Shown: positions 43,283-53,474, numbered from the stretch's first letter. The stretch is DNA of 64,000 bases from an uncultured Pseudomonadota bacterium (GCA_963843375.1 CAWJKT010000006.1:288001-352000), one strand, 5' to 3'. Numbers and translations: made by a program. The notes: generated by a model not told the origin, from the sequence alone.

Positions 43283-43840
43283 TTATCGTACGGACGCCCC
43301 TTGCTGGCCCAAAACAGTCGGAATCGCCGTGGCGGAAGGGACCGAAGGTGAAGGCATTGTTTCCAAGGAATCAGTGGTTGCTGCGGTTGTAAATTCAAAG
43401 TGCTCGTTAGGCAGAGCCATCGCGTTCTGCGCGTCCATATGAAGTATATTCAAGACATAGTCCCGTTTTCCCGAAATATGTGCACTCGTATGGTCCTTGA
43501 TTCGTCCCTCCACCACGATCACATCACCCCGCTTGGGGATAGGACGCAAAAAATTATAAAGCTGGTTTATTTTGAGGAAAACAAAGTAGTGATCCTTGGG
43601 TTTGGAGGTCAACCCCGCCACCAATGTTTCACGAACCCTGTAAGCTCCCTCTCGGGGTTTCAAGTCGTAATATATATATAACTTCCAAACTTCATGATTC
43701 ATGGGATCCGGAGTTTCGGTCCGCCAAAAACCATTATATTCCTGGACAGCCTGATCCAAAGGCTCGGGTTTTAAATCGTCATCAGCCCAAGTTGGAAGAG
43801 CCAAAAAAAGTAAACCAAAGGCGGTTAATATTTTCTTCAA
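43283..43840 (-). CDS. Secreted hypothetical protein
   Basis: Signal peptide; PKRGDVIVVEGRI; Thr/Ser/Pro-rich tail; packed within mqn operon. Confidence 0.7.
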   Translation of the reverse strand: MKKILTAFGLLFLALPTWADDDLKPEPLDQAVQEYNGFWRTETPDPMNHEVWKLYIYYDLKPREGAYRVRETLVAGLTSKPKDHYFVFLKINQLYNFLRPIPKRGDVIVVEGRIKDHTSAHISGKRDYVLNILHMDAQNAMALPNEHFEFTTAATTDSLETMPSPSVPSATAIPTVLGQQGASVR

Positions 43841-43855
43841 GCTAAATCCTTCAAA

Positions 43856-44434
43856 TTAAACCTCAAAATACTTCTCGTTTTTTCCGGCTTCTTCCCGCCA
43901 ACGCTTGGAAACCTCAGTTTGGATACCGGCATGATCGTAAACCCGCGCGATGACCGTATCCACTACTTCTTCGATCGTCTTCGGATTCCCATAAAAGCTT
44001 GGAGTGGCTGGAATGAGATGGGCTCCAGCCAAGGTAAGAAGTTCCATATTTTTAATTTGGATAAGGGAAAGGGGCGTTTCTCGGGGGACCAGGATCAACT
44101 TTCGACGTTCCTTCAAGAAAACTTCCCCCGACCGGGTAATGAGGTTATCCGCGATCCCGTGAGCCAGTTTGCCAAGGGTGGTCGTGGAACAAGGAATAAC
44201 GACCATGGCTTCGAACCTGTTGGAACCGCTGGCGGAAGGGGCAGTCAAATCTTTCTCGTCCCATTCTTTTACGTGTGGAGGCAGGTTAAGCCCACCCTCG
44301 TAAGAAGCCACCACCCGCGCGGATTCAGAAACCACCGCGTGGACCTCCCAATCGTCATGAGGGAAATGCTGGAAAAACCTTCGGGCGTAAATGGTTCCGG
44401 AAGCTCCCGTTATAGCGACCAGTATCTTTTTCAT
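43856..44434 (-). CDS. ubiX: Flavin prenyltransferase
   Basis: ITGASG, ASGS, LKERRKLILVPRETP, PSFY. Confidence 0.95.
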   Translation of the reverse strand: MKKILVAITGASGTIYARRFFQHFPHDDWEVHAVVSESARVVASYEGGLNLPPHVKEWDEKDLTAPSASGSNRFEAMVVIPCSTTTLGKLAHGIADNLITRSGEVFLKERRKLILVPRETPLSLIQIKNMELLTLAGAHLIPATPSFYGNPKTIEEVVDTVIARVYDHAGIQTEVSKRWREEAGKNEKYFEV

Positions 44435-44441
44435 GAAATCC

Positions 44442-45131
44442 CTACTTTCGAACGCCCATTACGCTAACAGCCACGCCCATGGTTTTGCTTTCGGTGGATA
44501 TATCCTTGAACCCGCATTTTTCCAGTAGTTGTTTGAATTCCCCAAGAGAGGCGAAGTTCTTTGCCGATTTCTGGAGATAGTTATAGGCTTCCTTGTTGTT
44601 CGAAACCGCGCCACCCCTTATGGGTACGATGGTACCCACATAAAAGGCGTGGATCAATCGGGTCAAAAACCCGGTGGGCTTGAAAAACTCCAGGATCACG
44701 GCTTTCCCGCCAGGCCTCAAAATCCGGGCGATTTCCCTCAATCCCGCTTCCAAGGAATCCAGGTTTCGAACACCGAACCCGCAAACCACCGCGTCAAAAG
44801 CCATGTCATGGAATGGTAATTTCAAGGCATCCGCCTCTAAGAATTCAAAGCCCTGTGTTGCGCCCGTTTTTTCCTTGGCAAGCCGGAGCATGGGCTTGGC
44901 GAAATCCGCCATCACCACCTTGGCCGCCGGCAAAAGTTCTCTGACCGCCAGGGCGAAATCCCCCGTGCCTGCGCAAAGGTCCAGGACCATCTTGGGCTCG
45001 AATCCATCCTTAATCATTAGTTTCACGGAGTCCTTGCGCCATTGGATATCTTTATTAAAAGACAACAGGTGGTTCGCCTTGTCGTAAGTTGGGGCGATTT
45101 CGGCGAACATGGATTGAATCTTTTCACTCAT
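44442..45131 (-). CDS. menG: Demethylmenaquinone methyltransferase
   Basis: MFAEIAPTYD..NHLLSF, DLCAGTGD, FGVRN. Confidence 0.9.
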   Translation of the reverse strand: MSEKIQSMFAEIAPTYDKANHLLSFNKDIQWRKDSVKLMIKDGFEPKMVLDLCAGTGDFALAVRELLPAAKVVMADFAKPMLRLAKEKTGATQGFEFLEADALKLPFHDMAFDAVVCGFGVRNLDSLEAGLREIARILRPGGKAVILEFFKPTGFLTRLIHAFYVGTIVPIRGGAVSNNKEAYNYLQKSAKNFASLGEFKQLLEKCGFKDISTESKTMGVAVSVMGVRK

Positions 45132-45200
45132 GGAAATGGGTCCTTGGAAACATGATTAAGCTCACGCGGAACAGCTTTTATAACCAATTTTCCTGTAAAT

Positions 45201-45240
45201 AAAAAGGCCTATGCTATCAGGGGATAACATAGGCCTTTTT
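45201..45240. terminator. Symmetric intrinsic terminator
   Basis: AAAAAGGCCTATG..CATAGGCCTTTTT inverted repeat. Confidence 0.8.
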
Positions 45241-45273
45241 ATTTATTGTTTTTGAACTTTTAAAAAAGAACGG

Positions 45274-45627
45274 CTAGTCGAGAACTGCCGCCTCTTCTGA
45301 CATTCTGCCTTCCACGGGATAGCCCGATTCCATCCAAGATTGTACCCCGCCAGGAAAATCATCCGCGTCAAACCCATTCTCCTTCAAAATCCGGGCGGCC
45401 TCGGGTCCCTTGTGGCAGTTGAGGTTGGCGCAATAAGTGACGAAAAACTTGTCGCGCCCGTATTCGTCTTCCACCCTCTTCACAAATGCTTGGTGGTCGT
45501 CTTCCAAGGGAATATTAAAGGATCCTTTGATGTGAAGCTTCTCATAATCCTCCTCCGGAAGAACGTTCAAAACCACCACATCCTCTTCCTTCATTTCTTG
45601 GAACACTTCTTCTTTACTCATCGCCAT
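45274..45627 (-). CDS. Rhodanese-like protein
   Basis: HIKGS, YCANLNC, GGVQSW. Confidence 0.88.
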   Translation of the reverse strand: MAMSKEEVFQEMKEEDVVVLNVLPEEDYEKLHIKGSFNIPLEDDHQAFVKRVEDEYGRDKFFVTYCANLNCHKGPEAARILKENGFDADDFPGGVQSWMESGYPVEGRMSEEAAVLD

Positions 45628-45770
45628 AACGCACCTCCTTGTTCATTAAAACTTTTGGGTTTGAGTTTAGGCGGGGGGAAAAGAAATCATGGAAAAATAA
45701 ACGAAAATCTAGGTAACATCAGGGAAAGCGATTCAAGAACCAATGGTCCTTAAAACAATTTCAAAGAGAA

Positions 45771-47219
45771 TTAGATCAAACCATTTTTCTTGAGAATTGG
45801 CATGATTTTATCCTCAACTTGAGGATCCATCACCAATTCTTCCGGCCACTCGCGGTTGAACCCTTCCTCTTTCCACTTCTTCGTAGCGTCAATGCCCATC
45901 TTGCCGCCCCAACCCCACATGGGAGAGGTATGGTCCAGCACATCCAGGGGGCCTTCGGTAATCATCACATCCCTCTTGGCGTCCATGCAGTTCCCCACCC
46001 GCCATAAAACCTGGCGGTAATCATGGACATTCGTATCCTTGTCCACGACCAGAAGGATTTTATTGAGCATCATTTGCCCCAATCCCCAAAAGGCGAACAT
46101 CACCTTACGCGCGTGTTGGGGGTATTGCTTGTCGATGGAAACGATCGCTAGGTTGTGAAAGATGCCGTCCACTGGCAGGTCCATATCCACGATTTCGGGC
46201 AGTACCTTTTGCATCAGCGGCAAAAACAACCGCTCGGTGGCTTTGCCCAGATAACCGTCTTCCATTGGCGGCTTGCCAACGATAGTGGTGGGATAGATGG
46301 GATTTTTCCGGTGGGTAATGCAGGTCACATGAAATACCGGGTATTGATCCGCCAGACTGTAATAACCCGTGTGATCGCCGAAAGGCCCTTCCAGGCGCCG
46401 CTCACTTGCTTCAACATAGCCTTCCAGCACGAAATCCGCGTCCGAATGCACCATTAAATCCACGGTCTTGCACTTCACCAGTTCCACGGGCTTTTTGCGA
46501 AGGAATCCCGCGAACAACAGTTCGTCGATACCTTCCGGCAGGGGGGCAGTGGCCGAATAGGTCAGCGCGGGATCTCCACCCAGCGCCACTGCCACCTCCA
46601 GGCGCTTCCCCATTTTCTCAGCCTTGCGGTGGTGACCCGCGCCGCCATGGTGTACCTGCCAATGCATCCCGGTCGTATTACGGTCATAAACTTGCATCCG
46701 GTACATGCCGATATTGCGAATGCCCGTTTCCGGGTCCTGCGTATAAACCAAGGGGAATGTGATGAATCGGCCCCCGTCTCCGGGCCAGCATTTCAGGACG
46801 GGCAGTGTGGTTAAATCGGGATTGGTTTCCACGACTTCCTGGCAAGGACCCTTTGTGACTTCAGTGGGCGGGAATTTGGCGATGTCGGCCAGTTTGGGAA
46901 GGAACTTCAGCTTTTCCACGAAACCCTTTGGCGGTTTCAACTCCAGCAGTTCCTTGATGGAGGTCGCGTGCTCTTCCAGGTTTTCAACTCCCAACGCCCA
47001 ACTCATACGCTGGTACGAACCGAACGCGTTGATCAAAAGCGGATAGGCGCTTCCCGTGGGCTTTTCGAAAAGAAGCGCCTTGCCCCCTTGGGGGGATTTG
47101 GAAACCATGTCAGCCATAGCAGTGATTTCCAAAACCGGGTTGACTTCGTCCTTGATCCGGACTAGTTCGCCTTTCTTTTCAAGGAAATCGACAAATTCGC
47201 TGAGGGAAGAGTAGGCCAT
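45771..47219 (-). CDS. UbiD-family menaquinone biosynthesis decarboxylase
   Basis: GMYRMQ, EGPFGDHTGYY, VGKPPMED, GGKMGIDAT. Confidence 0.93.
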   Translation of the reverse strand: MAYSSLSEFVDFLEKKGELVRIKDEVNPVLEITAMADMVSKSPQGGKALLFEKPTGSAYPLLINAFGSYQRMSWALGVENLEEHATSIKELLELKPPKGFVEKLKFLPKLADIAKFPPTEVTKGPCQEVVETNPDLTTLPVLKCWPGDGGRFITFPLVYTQDPETGIRNIGMYRMQVYDRNTTGMHWQVHHGGAGHHRKAEKMGKRLEVAVALGGDPALTYSATAPLPEGIDELLFAGFLRKKPVELVKCKTVDLMVHSDADFVLEGYVEASERRLEGPFGDHTGYYSLADQYPVFHVTCITHRKNPIYPTTIVGKPPMEDGYLGKATERLFLPLMQKVLPEIVDMDLPVDGIFHNLAIVSIDKQYPQHARKVMFAFWGLGQMMLNKILLVVDKDTNVHDYRQVLWRVGNCMDAKRDVMITEGPLDVLDHTSPMWGWGGKMGIDATKKWKEEGFNREWPEELVMDPQVEDKIMPILKKNGLI

Positions 47220-47252
47220 GGGTTTCCTTTATCGGTTTGAAAGCGGGGTATT

Positions 47253-47849
47253 CTACGTCCGCAAGCTGGCCGCTTCAAAGTCCCTTTTTAATTGCCGGCT
47301 GACAAGAAAAGCTCCGGCCACCACCAAAAGTCCCCCGATAGCGGGGGCCCAAAGCCATTTCAAGGCCGGCTGGAAAAACAGGTTAAATCCGGCCATATAG
47401 CTAACGGCCCATCCAACGGTCATGAGGAAGCGGGCCGAACGTTCCCCCCAATTCGATGCCATCCAGCCGGTTGCATATCCCGCCATGGAAAAACCCACGC
47501 CAAAAAGGTGCAGGTCTGAGCTGTGTTTGATGAACATCTCGGCCTTATCCCCCATATTCACCATCATGGCCAGCCAATCGAAACACCAAAGAAGCAGCCA
47601 GAGGATGGCGACCAAGGCGAAACCGTGGGTAACAAACATGAAGGTCCGGTTTCCCTCCCGCAACCATTCCAGCCGGGCCGACAGGAGCATGATTCCACAG
47701 AGTCCCGCGTACCCAAACAGAATGGCGAGGCTATACCAGGTGGAAGGATTTTGCCGAAGGGAGCCCGCCAAGGGTTCCTCGAAAAAGACCCCCAGGGACA
47801 ATAAGACTCCCAGGGATCCCAGCCGGTAAAGGATCGGGCCGGGTCTCAT
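47253..47849 (-). CDS. Hypothetical membrane protein
   Basis: About 6 hydrophobic segments; GGAGG RBS. Confidence 0.7.
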   Translation of the reverse strand: MRPGPILYRLGSLGVLLSLGVFFEEPLAGSLRQNPSTWYSLAILFGYAGLCGIMLLSARLEWLREGNRTFMFVTHGFALVAILWLLLWCFDWLAMMVNMGDKAEMFIKHSSDLHLFGVGFSMAGYATGWMASNWGERSARFLMTVGWAVSYMAGFNLFFQPALKWLWAPAIGGLLVVAGAFLVSRQLKRDFEAASLRT

Positions 47850-47876
47850 TCTTCCTCCGTTTTCGGCCGGTGTTTT

Positions 47877-48641
47877 TTAATGGGCGCGAAACACCTTGGG
47901 ATAAAAAACTTTCACCATGAAAAGGCCGCTTGGGGGCAGGGTCGGCCCCGCTTTTTTGCGATCCCTGGATTTCAATATATCGGGAATGTCCTCGGGTTTG
48001 ATCTTACCGGAACCCACATAAATCAGGGTCCCGCTGAGGATGCGGACCATTTGGTGAAGGAAAGATACCCCGATGTAATCCAGCAGGACATCTGGACCCT
48101 TTTTTTGAATCCCAATTTTCAAAAGGGTACGTTTTGGATTGGCCCGCTTTCCCAAGGCGCCCCGGAACGCGGTGAAGTCGTGGGTACCCAGTAAATATTT
48201 GGACGCTTTCTTCATGGCGAGCAGGTCCAGCGGAAGACGGAAATGATGATAGGTATTCCGGTCGAAAACCGTGTAGTCCTGGCTGTTGCGGATGACATAG
48301 CGGTAGAGCTTGGCCTGAGCGTGGTAAGTGGCGTGAAAGACGGCGGGCACCTGCTGAGCTTTCACGATCCGGATATCGTGGGGCAGTAGCTGGTTCAAAA
48401 CCCGGGCGATACGTTCCACAGTCATTGGTGAAACGGTGTGGAAATTGGCGGTCTGACCCAAGGCATGCACACCCGCATCGGTTCGGCCCGCCACCAAAAG
48501 ATCCACGGGATGACCGCAAATAAGTTTCAGTCGGTCTTCCAAGGTTCCCTGTAAAGTCGGGGATTGGGGCTGTTTTTGCCAACCCGAATAGCCGGTGCCG
48601 TCATATTCCACGGTCAACCGGATGTTGCGGGATTCCATCAT
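47877..48641 (-). CDS. truA: tRNA pseudouridine(38-40) synthase
   Basis: YDGTGYSGWQ, AGRTDAGVHA, HDFTAF, FLHQMVR. Confidence 0.96.
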   Translation of the reverse strand: MMESRNIRLTVEYDGTGYSGWQKQPQSPTLQGTLEDRLKLICGHPVDLLVAGRTDAGVHALGQTANFHTVSPMTVERIARVLNQLLPHDIRIVKAQQVPAVFHATYHAQAKLYRYVIRNSQDYTVFDRNTYHHFRLPLDLLAMKKASKYLLGTHDFTAFRGALGKRANPKRTLLKIGIQKKGPDVLLDYIGVSFLHQMVRILSGTLIYVGSGKIKPEDIPDILKSRDRKKAGPTLPPSGLFMVKVFYPKVFRAH

Positions 48642-50948
48642 TTAATGGTGAATGGGGTTCGGCACCTCGCGCGCCTGTTCAGCCTTGTTGAGGAGCGCGA
48701 GTCCATCGATGGCTTCCTTTTGCTGGGGATTAAGGGTGAGGGCCTGGTGGTAAGCGGCATCGGCGTTGGTATAGTCGCTCATCAATCGGAAAGCGTCGCC
48801 CATGCGCGCTAAAACATAAGGGTTGCGAGGTTCCCGTTTCAGGGTTTCCTGGTAATTGTTGATGGCCGCAGGGAAATCATTCATTGCCAGATAGCTTTCG
48901 CCCAGCATCATATAAATTCGCACGAGCGTTTGGGGTTGGCGATAATTCAAAGCGTTATTAAAACCCCAGATGGCTAGGTCCGGCATTTTGTTCATGTAAG
49001 CGTAATAGCCGGTAAAATCGAACCCGATGCCGTAAGAGTCCTTCATAACGTCCGTATACTCGTCCCAATAACCCCGAGTGGGGTCTTCCATGTCCCGCAA
49101 TCGGTAAGTGCTCCAGAGCAGGTTGATCCGGGCGGAAGTTAAAGGATAATTCAGGTCTTTCGTGTTAATCATCCTCCATAAGAAGCCCTCGGGAAGGGAC
49201 GGATTCTTGTCCCTCATCCATGGAGCCGTAAAAATATTGGTGAAATAAAAGGAGCGGTCCTTGGCGTGCTGCTCGATCATGTCCTGAACAACCGTCTCGG
49301 GTCTTATGTCTTCCCGCCCATAGGCGTCGACCCGCATGGGAACCTCCAGGAAAGGCCAGCGCTTAAATAACGGGTTTCGGTACCAATCGTAGGGAATGAG
49401 TTGCATGGTAAAGCTGACCACCTCGGGCCTTTTTCCTTCCACGTACTGCAGGTACCATAGGGGAAGAATGTCGATATCGCCGTTACATAGAATGACCGCG
49501 TCCCGGTTGACGGTTTTGAGCATATTGATGCCCTCGTCATAAGAACTGATATAGCGGCTTTGGTCGTTTCCTTGGTAAACCGCCTGGCCGTCGACTATCT
49601 TGTCCTTGGCGGTATAGTTCAACATCAAAGGCATCAAGGCGAACCCCAAACAAAAAGCGGTGGTATATAAAGGAACAACCCGGGAAGGCCATTCCTTGGC
49701 AACCCACTCGCAAATACCCGCCACACCGGCGGCGGCGAAAATCGCGAAGGTGAGGTAAACGGGCGAGAAAAAGTTATCAATCGTCCATTGATAGCCCTCC
49801 AGGGGGTTGTTGAAAAGAACGATGCCGGCGAAAACCCCGCCCCCGAATAAGGCGAAACCGACGGCCGTGGACCATTGTTTGCGTTTCCAAAGCCAGACGA
49901 ATCCCCAAATCATCAGAAAAAAAACAAGAAAGGTAAATACTTCCCCAAACTCGTGGTGGGCATGCAGCCAAAAACGCTTGAGATCACGGACAATGGTGTC
50001 CCAACCCCGTGCCGCGCCGACATTCTCGTAGCCCTTGCGGATAACGGTTCCCCAAAGACGATCCGCGGTGCGGGGATCCCACCAGTTCACAAGCGGGTTT
50101 TGGGTCGCCCGAATGGGCAGATACATGTAAACCGATAGGGACAATAGGCCGCAAATAAAGGCCCTTACAAAATTCAAGACACCAAACGCGGAAAGAACAT
50201 TCATTAAGTTATCCCACAAATCAAAAGGCCTTAAACGAATAGTATTCTTTAAAATCGTGGGCAAGGGGACCCGCTTTTGACTGGCCAGAAAAAACCAAAG
50301 ATAGGCCGGCGCCATGACCATTTGGTTGGGCCAGTGGTGGGCCAGACTCAAACCATAAAGGAAACCCATCAACATGAGGGATTTCAGGAACCACCCGCTT
50401 TCCCTCATTTTAAAAAATAGAAAAATCATCGAGACGGAAAGCAGGGTATTGAGGGTGTAAATGCCGCCCTTGGCCCCGCAAGACTGAAACCAATGTTGAT
50501 AGGAAAAAGCGAAAAGAAGCGCCCCAAAGAGGGAGGGCACTTCCCAAAGCCAGGATCCATTTTTGTTCTCTGAAGTTTCCTGCCCAGGAACCCTGGTGGA
50601 GGCTGGAACCGGGCTGTTGGTGGCCGGGGCCGCCACAGAGACCTGCAGAGAATTAGGGGAAGTGAAGATTCCTTGGAACATCATTTTCAGGAACCAATAA
50701 ACCACTATCACCGATACCGTACCCGTGACCATGGAGCAAAAGGTGACCCTTAACATCGGTTTGCCCAAAGGCAGTAGGCAATTGACCCGCCCCCAAAGGG
50801 TATGAAGGGGATAACCGGGAGAATGACTGATGGTCAAGAGGTCGCAGACCATGATGGTCTCGCCCGAGTCATTTATATTGAAGCTTGCGCAATGGGTCAG
50901 CAGATAAACTTCAAAGACGAAGAAAAAGAGAAAGACGGGAATGAGCAT
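48642..50948 (-). CDS. DUF2723/TMEM260-like GT-C glycosyltransferase with C-terminal TPRs
   Basis: DSGE, HSPGYPL, YMYLPIRA..NW, PLWYLQYVEGKRP; multiple TMs; TPRs. Confidence 0.85.
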   Translation of the reverse strand: MLIPVFLFFFVFEVYLLTHCASFNINDSGETIMVCDLLTISHSPGYPLHTLWGRVNCLLPLGKPMLRVTFCSMVTGTVSVIVVYWFLKMMFQGIFTSPNSLQVSVAAPATNSPVPASTRVPGQETSENKNGSWLWEVPSLFGALLFAFSYQHWFQSCGAKGGIYTLNTLLSVSMIFLFFKMRESGWFLKSLMLMGFLYGLSLAHHWPNQMVMAPAYLWFFLASQKRVPLPTILKNTIRLRPFDLWDNLMNVLSAFGVLNFVRAFICGLLSLSVYMYLPIRATQNPLVNWWDPRTADRLWGTVIRKGYENVGAARGWDTIVRDLKRFWLHAHHEFGEVFTFLVFFLMIWGFVWLWKRKQWSTAVGFALFGGGVFAGIVLFNNPLEGYQWTIDNFFSPVYLTFAIFAAAGVAGICEWVAKEWPSRVVPLYTTAFCLGFALMPLMLNYTAKDKIVDGQAVYQGNDQSRYISSYDEGINMLKTVNRDAVILCNGDIDILPLWYLQYVEGKRPEVVSFTMQLIPYDWYRNPLFKRWPFLEVPMRVDAYGREDIRPETVVQDMIEQHAKDRSFYFTNIFTAPWMRDKNPSLPEGFLWRMINTKDLNYPLTSARINLLWSTYRLRDMEDPTRGYWDEYTDVMKDSYGIGFDFTGYYAYMNKMPDLAIWGFNNALNYRQPQTLVRIYMMLGESYLAMNDFPAAINNYQETLKREPRNPYVLARMGDAFRLMSDYTNADAAYHQALTLNPQQKEAIDGLALLNKAEQAREVPNPIHH

Positions 50949-50971
50949 AGGTGGTGTTTTTCCTGGAAATC

Positions 50972-51008
50972 AAAAATAAGGGGCACCCAAAGGTGCCCCT
51001 GGTTTTTT
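50972..51008. terminator. Terminator after tpx
   Basis: AGGGGCACC-caaa-GGTGCCCCT hairpin. Confidence 0.75.
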
Positions 51009-51020
51009 ACACTTTTCAAT

Positions 51021-51532
51021 TTAAGCGTTGGCCTTCGCAACCGCCAAGGCTTTGTCATAGTCCGGATGGTTGGTGGCTTCCTTCACATATTCCACGTGCT
51101 TGATTTTACCATCTTTCCCCACGACAAAGAGGGCCCGGGCTTCCAAGCGGAGTTCCTTGATATGGGTTCCATAGGCGTCGCCGAAGGACATTTCCCGGTG
51201 GTCCGAAAGGGTCTGAATCTTGATGTTTTCCGCACCGCAAAAGCGGCCCTGAGCAAAAGGCAAGTCCGCCGAAATAGTCAGCACTTCCACGCTGGCGGGA
51301 AGATTAGCCGCCTCGTTATTAAACCGGTGGGTTTGAGCCGCGCAAACGCCGGTGTCCAGGGAAGGCGCCACCGAAAGGATCAGGGTCTTTCCCTTGTAGT
51401 TGTCCAGGGTAACTTCTTGTAGGAATTGGTTAAAACTTTGAAATTCGGTGCCGTATCACCCACTTTGATATCCGGTCCGATCAGGGTCAAGGGTCCACCC
51501 TTGAAAGTAATGACGCCTTTACGCTCTTGCAT
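51021..51532 (-). CDS. tpx: Thiol peroxidase (frameshifted ~51380-51420)
   Basis: ITFKGGPLTL, PSLDTGVC, ISADLPFAQGRFC, HPDY. Confidence 0.93.
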
Positions 51533-51599
51533 ATGCTTCTCCTTTTTAAAAAATTTAAAACTCAAAGCCCAAATTTCCCAACCGCTCTTTACCGCTCTT

Positions 51600-52681
51600 T
51601 CAGACGTGCCCTTGATGCACCAGATACTCCGCCACCAACATCCCGCCTTTGGCCGCGCCCATCTTGGTGTTATGGGACACCAGTACATACTTGATTCCAT
51701 TCGGCAAGGCATGGTCCGTCCGCAACCGACCAACAGAAGTCACCATTCCCCCTTCCCTGTCCCGGTCCAGCCTGGGCTGGGGGCGGTAAGGATCATCCGT
51801 CACCTCGATTAAATGGGGCGGACACGAAGGGAACTTCGAGCGCTACAAAATCCCTGCCATAATTCCGCATCACTTGTTTTACCTCATCAACGGTCGCGTG
51901 CTTTTTCATGGAAACGTAAACCGCTTCCGTGTGGCCTTCCATGACCGGCACACGGGTGCAGGTGGCCGAAACCGGAAAAGGCGCCGGAGCGATTGTTTCT
52001 CCCATAATCGTCCCCAAGATTTTCTGGGTCTCTTTCTCGACTTTTTCCTCTTCCTTCGGGATATAGGGAACGACATTATCCATGATATCCATCCCAATGA
52101 CACCGGGTGAGCGTCCAGCCCCCGACAGGGCCTGCATGGAAGTCATGATGACCTGCAGGATGCCGAAGGCGTCATGCAGGGGCTTTAGGGTCATCGCCAG
52201 GCCCATCGTGGTGCAATTGGGCACGGGCGTTACGAAGCCTTTCCAGCCGCGGTTCTTTTTCTGGATCGGCGATAAGCTTGTCGTGATCAAGGTTGACGCC
52301 GGGAATAAAGATAGGGACATCGGGTTCATACCGAAAAGCGGAAGCGGTCGAGATGACTGGCGTGGTTTTGGCGTAGCGGGGTTCTAATTCTTTGGCCGCG
52401 TCTGATTCCACGGCGGTGAAAATAACGTCCACCTTCGTGGCATCCAGCTTGGAGGCGTCTTGCACCAGCATTTTAGAGAAAGAGGGGTCTAAAGGCTCCT
52501 GGCAATACCAGCGGAAAGCGCCCGAAGCGTCGGTCAAGGCGTCTTTATAGTACTTCCCCGCGGATCGTTCGGAAGCGGCCAAAGCCGTGACCTCAAAAAA
52601 GGGATGTCCCGGGAGAGAAGCCAAAAACTGCTGGCCCGCCACTCCCGTGGCTCCGATGACGGCGACTTTCTTCTTTTTCAT
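51600..52681 (-). CDS. asd: Aspartate-semialdehyde dehydrogenase, archaeal/eukaryotic type (frameshifted)
   Basis: GATGVAGQQF, AASERSAGK, PNCT, CTRVPVMEGH, RPQPRLDRD, SHNTKMGAA. Confidence 0.93.
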
Positions 52682-52798
52682 CGCTAAATCCTTCAAAAAT
52701 ACTCAAAAACCGTAATTTGGGAAGGGAAAGGATAGCATATTTGAAAGCAGATTCAATGCTTCAAAAATCCCAAGACCTTGAGGAATGTAGGTCGCGTT

Positions 52799-53469
52799 TT
52801 AGGGAATTTCCGTTTTACCGCTGGCTTCATAAGTTTTCTTGCCCACCGTTATGGAGATAAAACAAATGTAGCTGCCTGGCGGCATGGGGCGCTCTTCCTC
52901 GTCCCTTCCATCCCAAACAACCTCATGGGTTCCCGCGGTTAGATATTCCGGTTTTTCGTGCTTATTGAATTCAAAATTAACAACGGGGCGCATACCGCTC
53001 GTGAAAATCCTCAAAAAAGAGTTTTCGGCCTTAACGTTAGTCCCCCACTTAAAATGAACTTCGTTTGAGGCGTCGGGTTGAGGTGAAACGGAAAACTCGA
53101 AGACACCCGGGGTGGCGGTGGGAGTGGGTGTGATCGTGGGGGTGTTTTTGGGAACTTCTTACCGGGGGAAGATTGGGTAAAGGTCGGTGTGGGAGTCAGA
53201 GAAGGCGACAGGGTGCCAGTGGGCGTATTCGTGGGAGTACCGGTAATGGTGGGAGTACCCGTTGGGGTTGGGGTGAGGGTGGGTGTGGGCGTCAGGGACG
53301 GGGAAATAGTCCCCGAGGGTGTAAAGGTAGGTGTGAAAGTTCTGCTTGGGGTTGAGGTGTTAGGGGGGGCGGGGGTCGGCGCCACGCCTTGGGCCAGGGC
53401 CGGCCGCCCGGCGCCTGTCCCTAATAGGACGGTTTCCAAAAAAACCACCAGCCAAAATAATTTTTTCAT
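52799..53469 (-). CDS. Secreted Thr-Pro-repeat protein with C-terminal FlgD-Ig-like domain (frameshifted)
   Basis: Signal peptide, long (TP)n tract, C-terminal VVWDGRD..PPGSY. Confidence 0.72.
53110..53385 (-). repeat. Thr-Pro low-complexity coding repeat
   Basis: TPTFTPSGTISPSLTPTPTLTPTPTGTPT..GTLSPSLTPTPTFT. Confidence 0.8.
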
Positions 53470-53474
53470 TAGGT

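Noticed and set aside
53110..53385. CRISPR or tandem DNA repeat array
   Set aside because: Degenerate Thr-Pro codons; no fixed repeat-spacer structure.
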